The notes under the pieces are model-generated. The model was not told the origin of the DNA and made no database searches. It worked only from the letters and a program-made list of their open reading frames with translations. The position numbers and the translations under genes were made by a program. A stretch of 64,000 nucleotides of DNA from Gemmatimonadaceae bacterium (GTDB lineage: Bacteria > Gemmatimonadota > Gemmatimonadetes > Gemmatimonadales > Gemmatimonadaceae), in assembly GCA_031373905.1 (NCBI GenBank), contig JANMNM010000078.1, positions 25,387 to 89,386 of the forward strand. Reading direction: 5' to 3'. Positions 63,669-64,000 of the stretch are shown here, piece after piece (positions within the stretch are counted from its first letter, which is position 1; each line of letters begins with the position of its first letter).

Positions 63669-64000
63669 ATGCTGCGACTTCTGCGCCTCACCACTGCCGG
63701 TGAATCCCACGGACCGGCCCTCTCGTGTACCCTCGAAGGGATGCCGGCCGGCGTGCCAGTCGTTGCCGCTGACATCAATGCCGAACTGTTCCGACGCCAG
63801 CAGGGCTATGGCCGGGGGCGGCGCATGCAGATCGAGCGTGATGAGGTGGAGCTGTTGGGCGGGGTGCGTGCCGGCGAGACGATGGGGTCGCCGGTGGCGA
63901 TGCTGATCCGGAACCGTGACTGGAAGAACTGGGTCGAGATCATGGATCCTGCGCCGCGTGCGGAGGATGCAGATGGTCTGCGGCCGCGTTCCGTCACGCG
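63669..64000 (+). CDS. aroC: Chorismate synthase, 3' end outside window
   Basis: My own translation reads [31 protein letters not shown]...[40 protein letters not shown], a typical AroC N-terminus. The frame is open to the window end. Confidence 0.9.
   Translation, partial: MLRLLRLTTAGESHGPALSCTLEGMPAGVPVVAADINAELFRRQQGYGRGRRMQIERDEVELLGGVRAGETMGSPVAMLIRNRDWKNWVEIMDPAPRAEDADGLRPRSVT

Noticed and set aside
1-64000. CRISPR arrays, tRNA/rRNA genes, IS elements, integrases, toxin-antitoxin or known phage-defence genes
   Set aside because: By-eye scanning of the intergenic regions and the ORF list revealed none. There are no regularly spaced direct repeats, no GGTTCGA-type T-arm in an intergenic context, and no transposase or integrase motifs. 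This is a manual scan, not an exhaustive search.

Overview
High-GC bacterial chromosomal segment (roughly two-thirds G+C by eye, not computed), densely coding on both strands. The gene content hints at a Gemmatimonadota/Acidobacteriota-like organism (Oar-like carboxypeptidase-regulatory TonB-dependent receptor, many hybrid histidine kinases), but that is only a guess. I recognised no rRNA, tRNA, CRISPR array, transposase, integrase or phage gene. From left to right the window holds: an M28 peptidase (5' partial); beta-oxidation genes (FadN-like, acyl-CoA dehydrogenase); a VIT-vWA protein bracketed by two zf-HC2 anti-sigma-like proteins and an ECF sigma factor; RhlE helicase; two hybrid sensor kinases; an Oar-like TonB-dependent receptor; an HDOD protein; LysR+MATE; TerC; a GT4-DUF2334-GT4 glycosyl cluster; a CHAD/CYTH protein; a MarR-nitroreductase-dioxygenase-carboxylesterase (MhqR-type) operon; a TsdA-like dihaem cytochrome c; HslR; an ABC(C39-like)-HlyD-TolC tripartite exporter; ArfB; and a CNNM/CorC protein. 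The last ~18 kb is a consolidated type IV pilus locus: pilS/pilR-like two-component pair, four pilin genes, an HK-like pseudokinase, three minor pilins, pilMNOPQ and a large Ig/beta-propeller lipoprotein, followed by aroC (3' partial). The two most unusual observations are these. (1) The ABC exporter has every catalytic ATPase motif degenerated and a cysteine-free C39-like domain. (2) The pilus locus carries non-canonical accessory genes (pseudokinase, post-pilQ lipoprotein, tandem pilin paralogs with candidate sigma-54 promoters, and a low-GC repeat-bearing spacer). I cannot show that any of these is a truly undescribed system. All functional calls rest on motif recognition by eye, without database searches.
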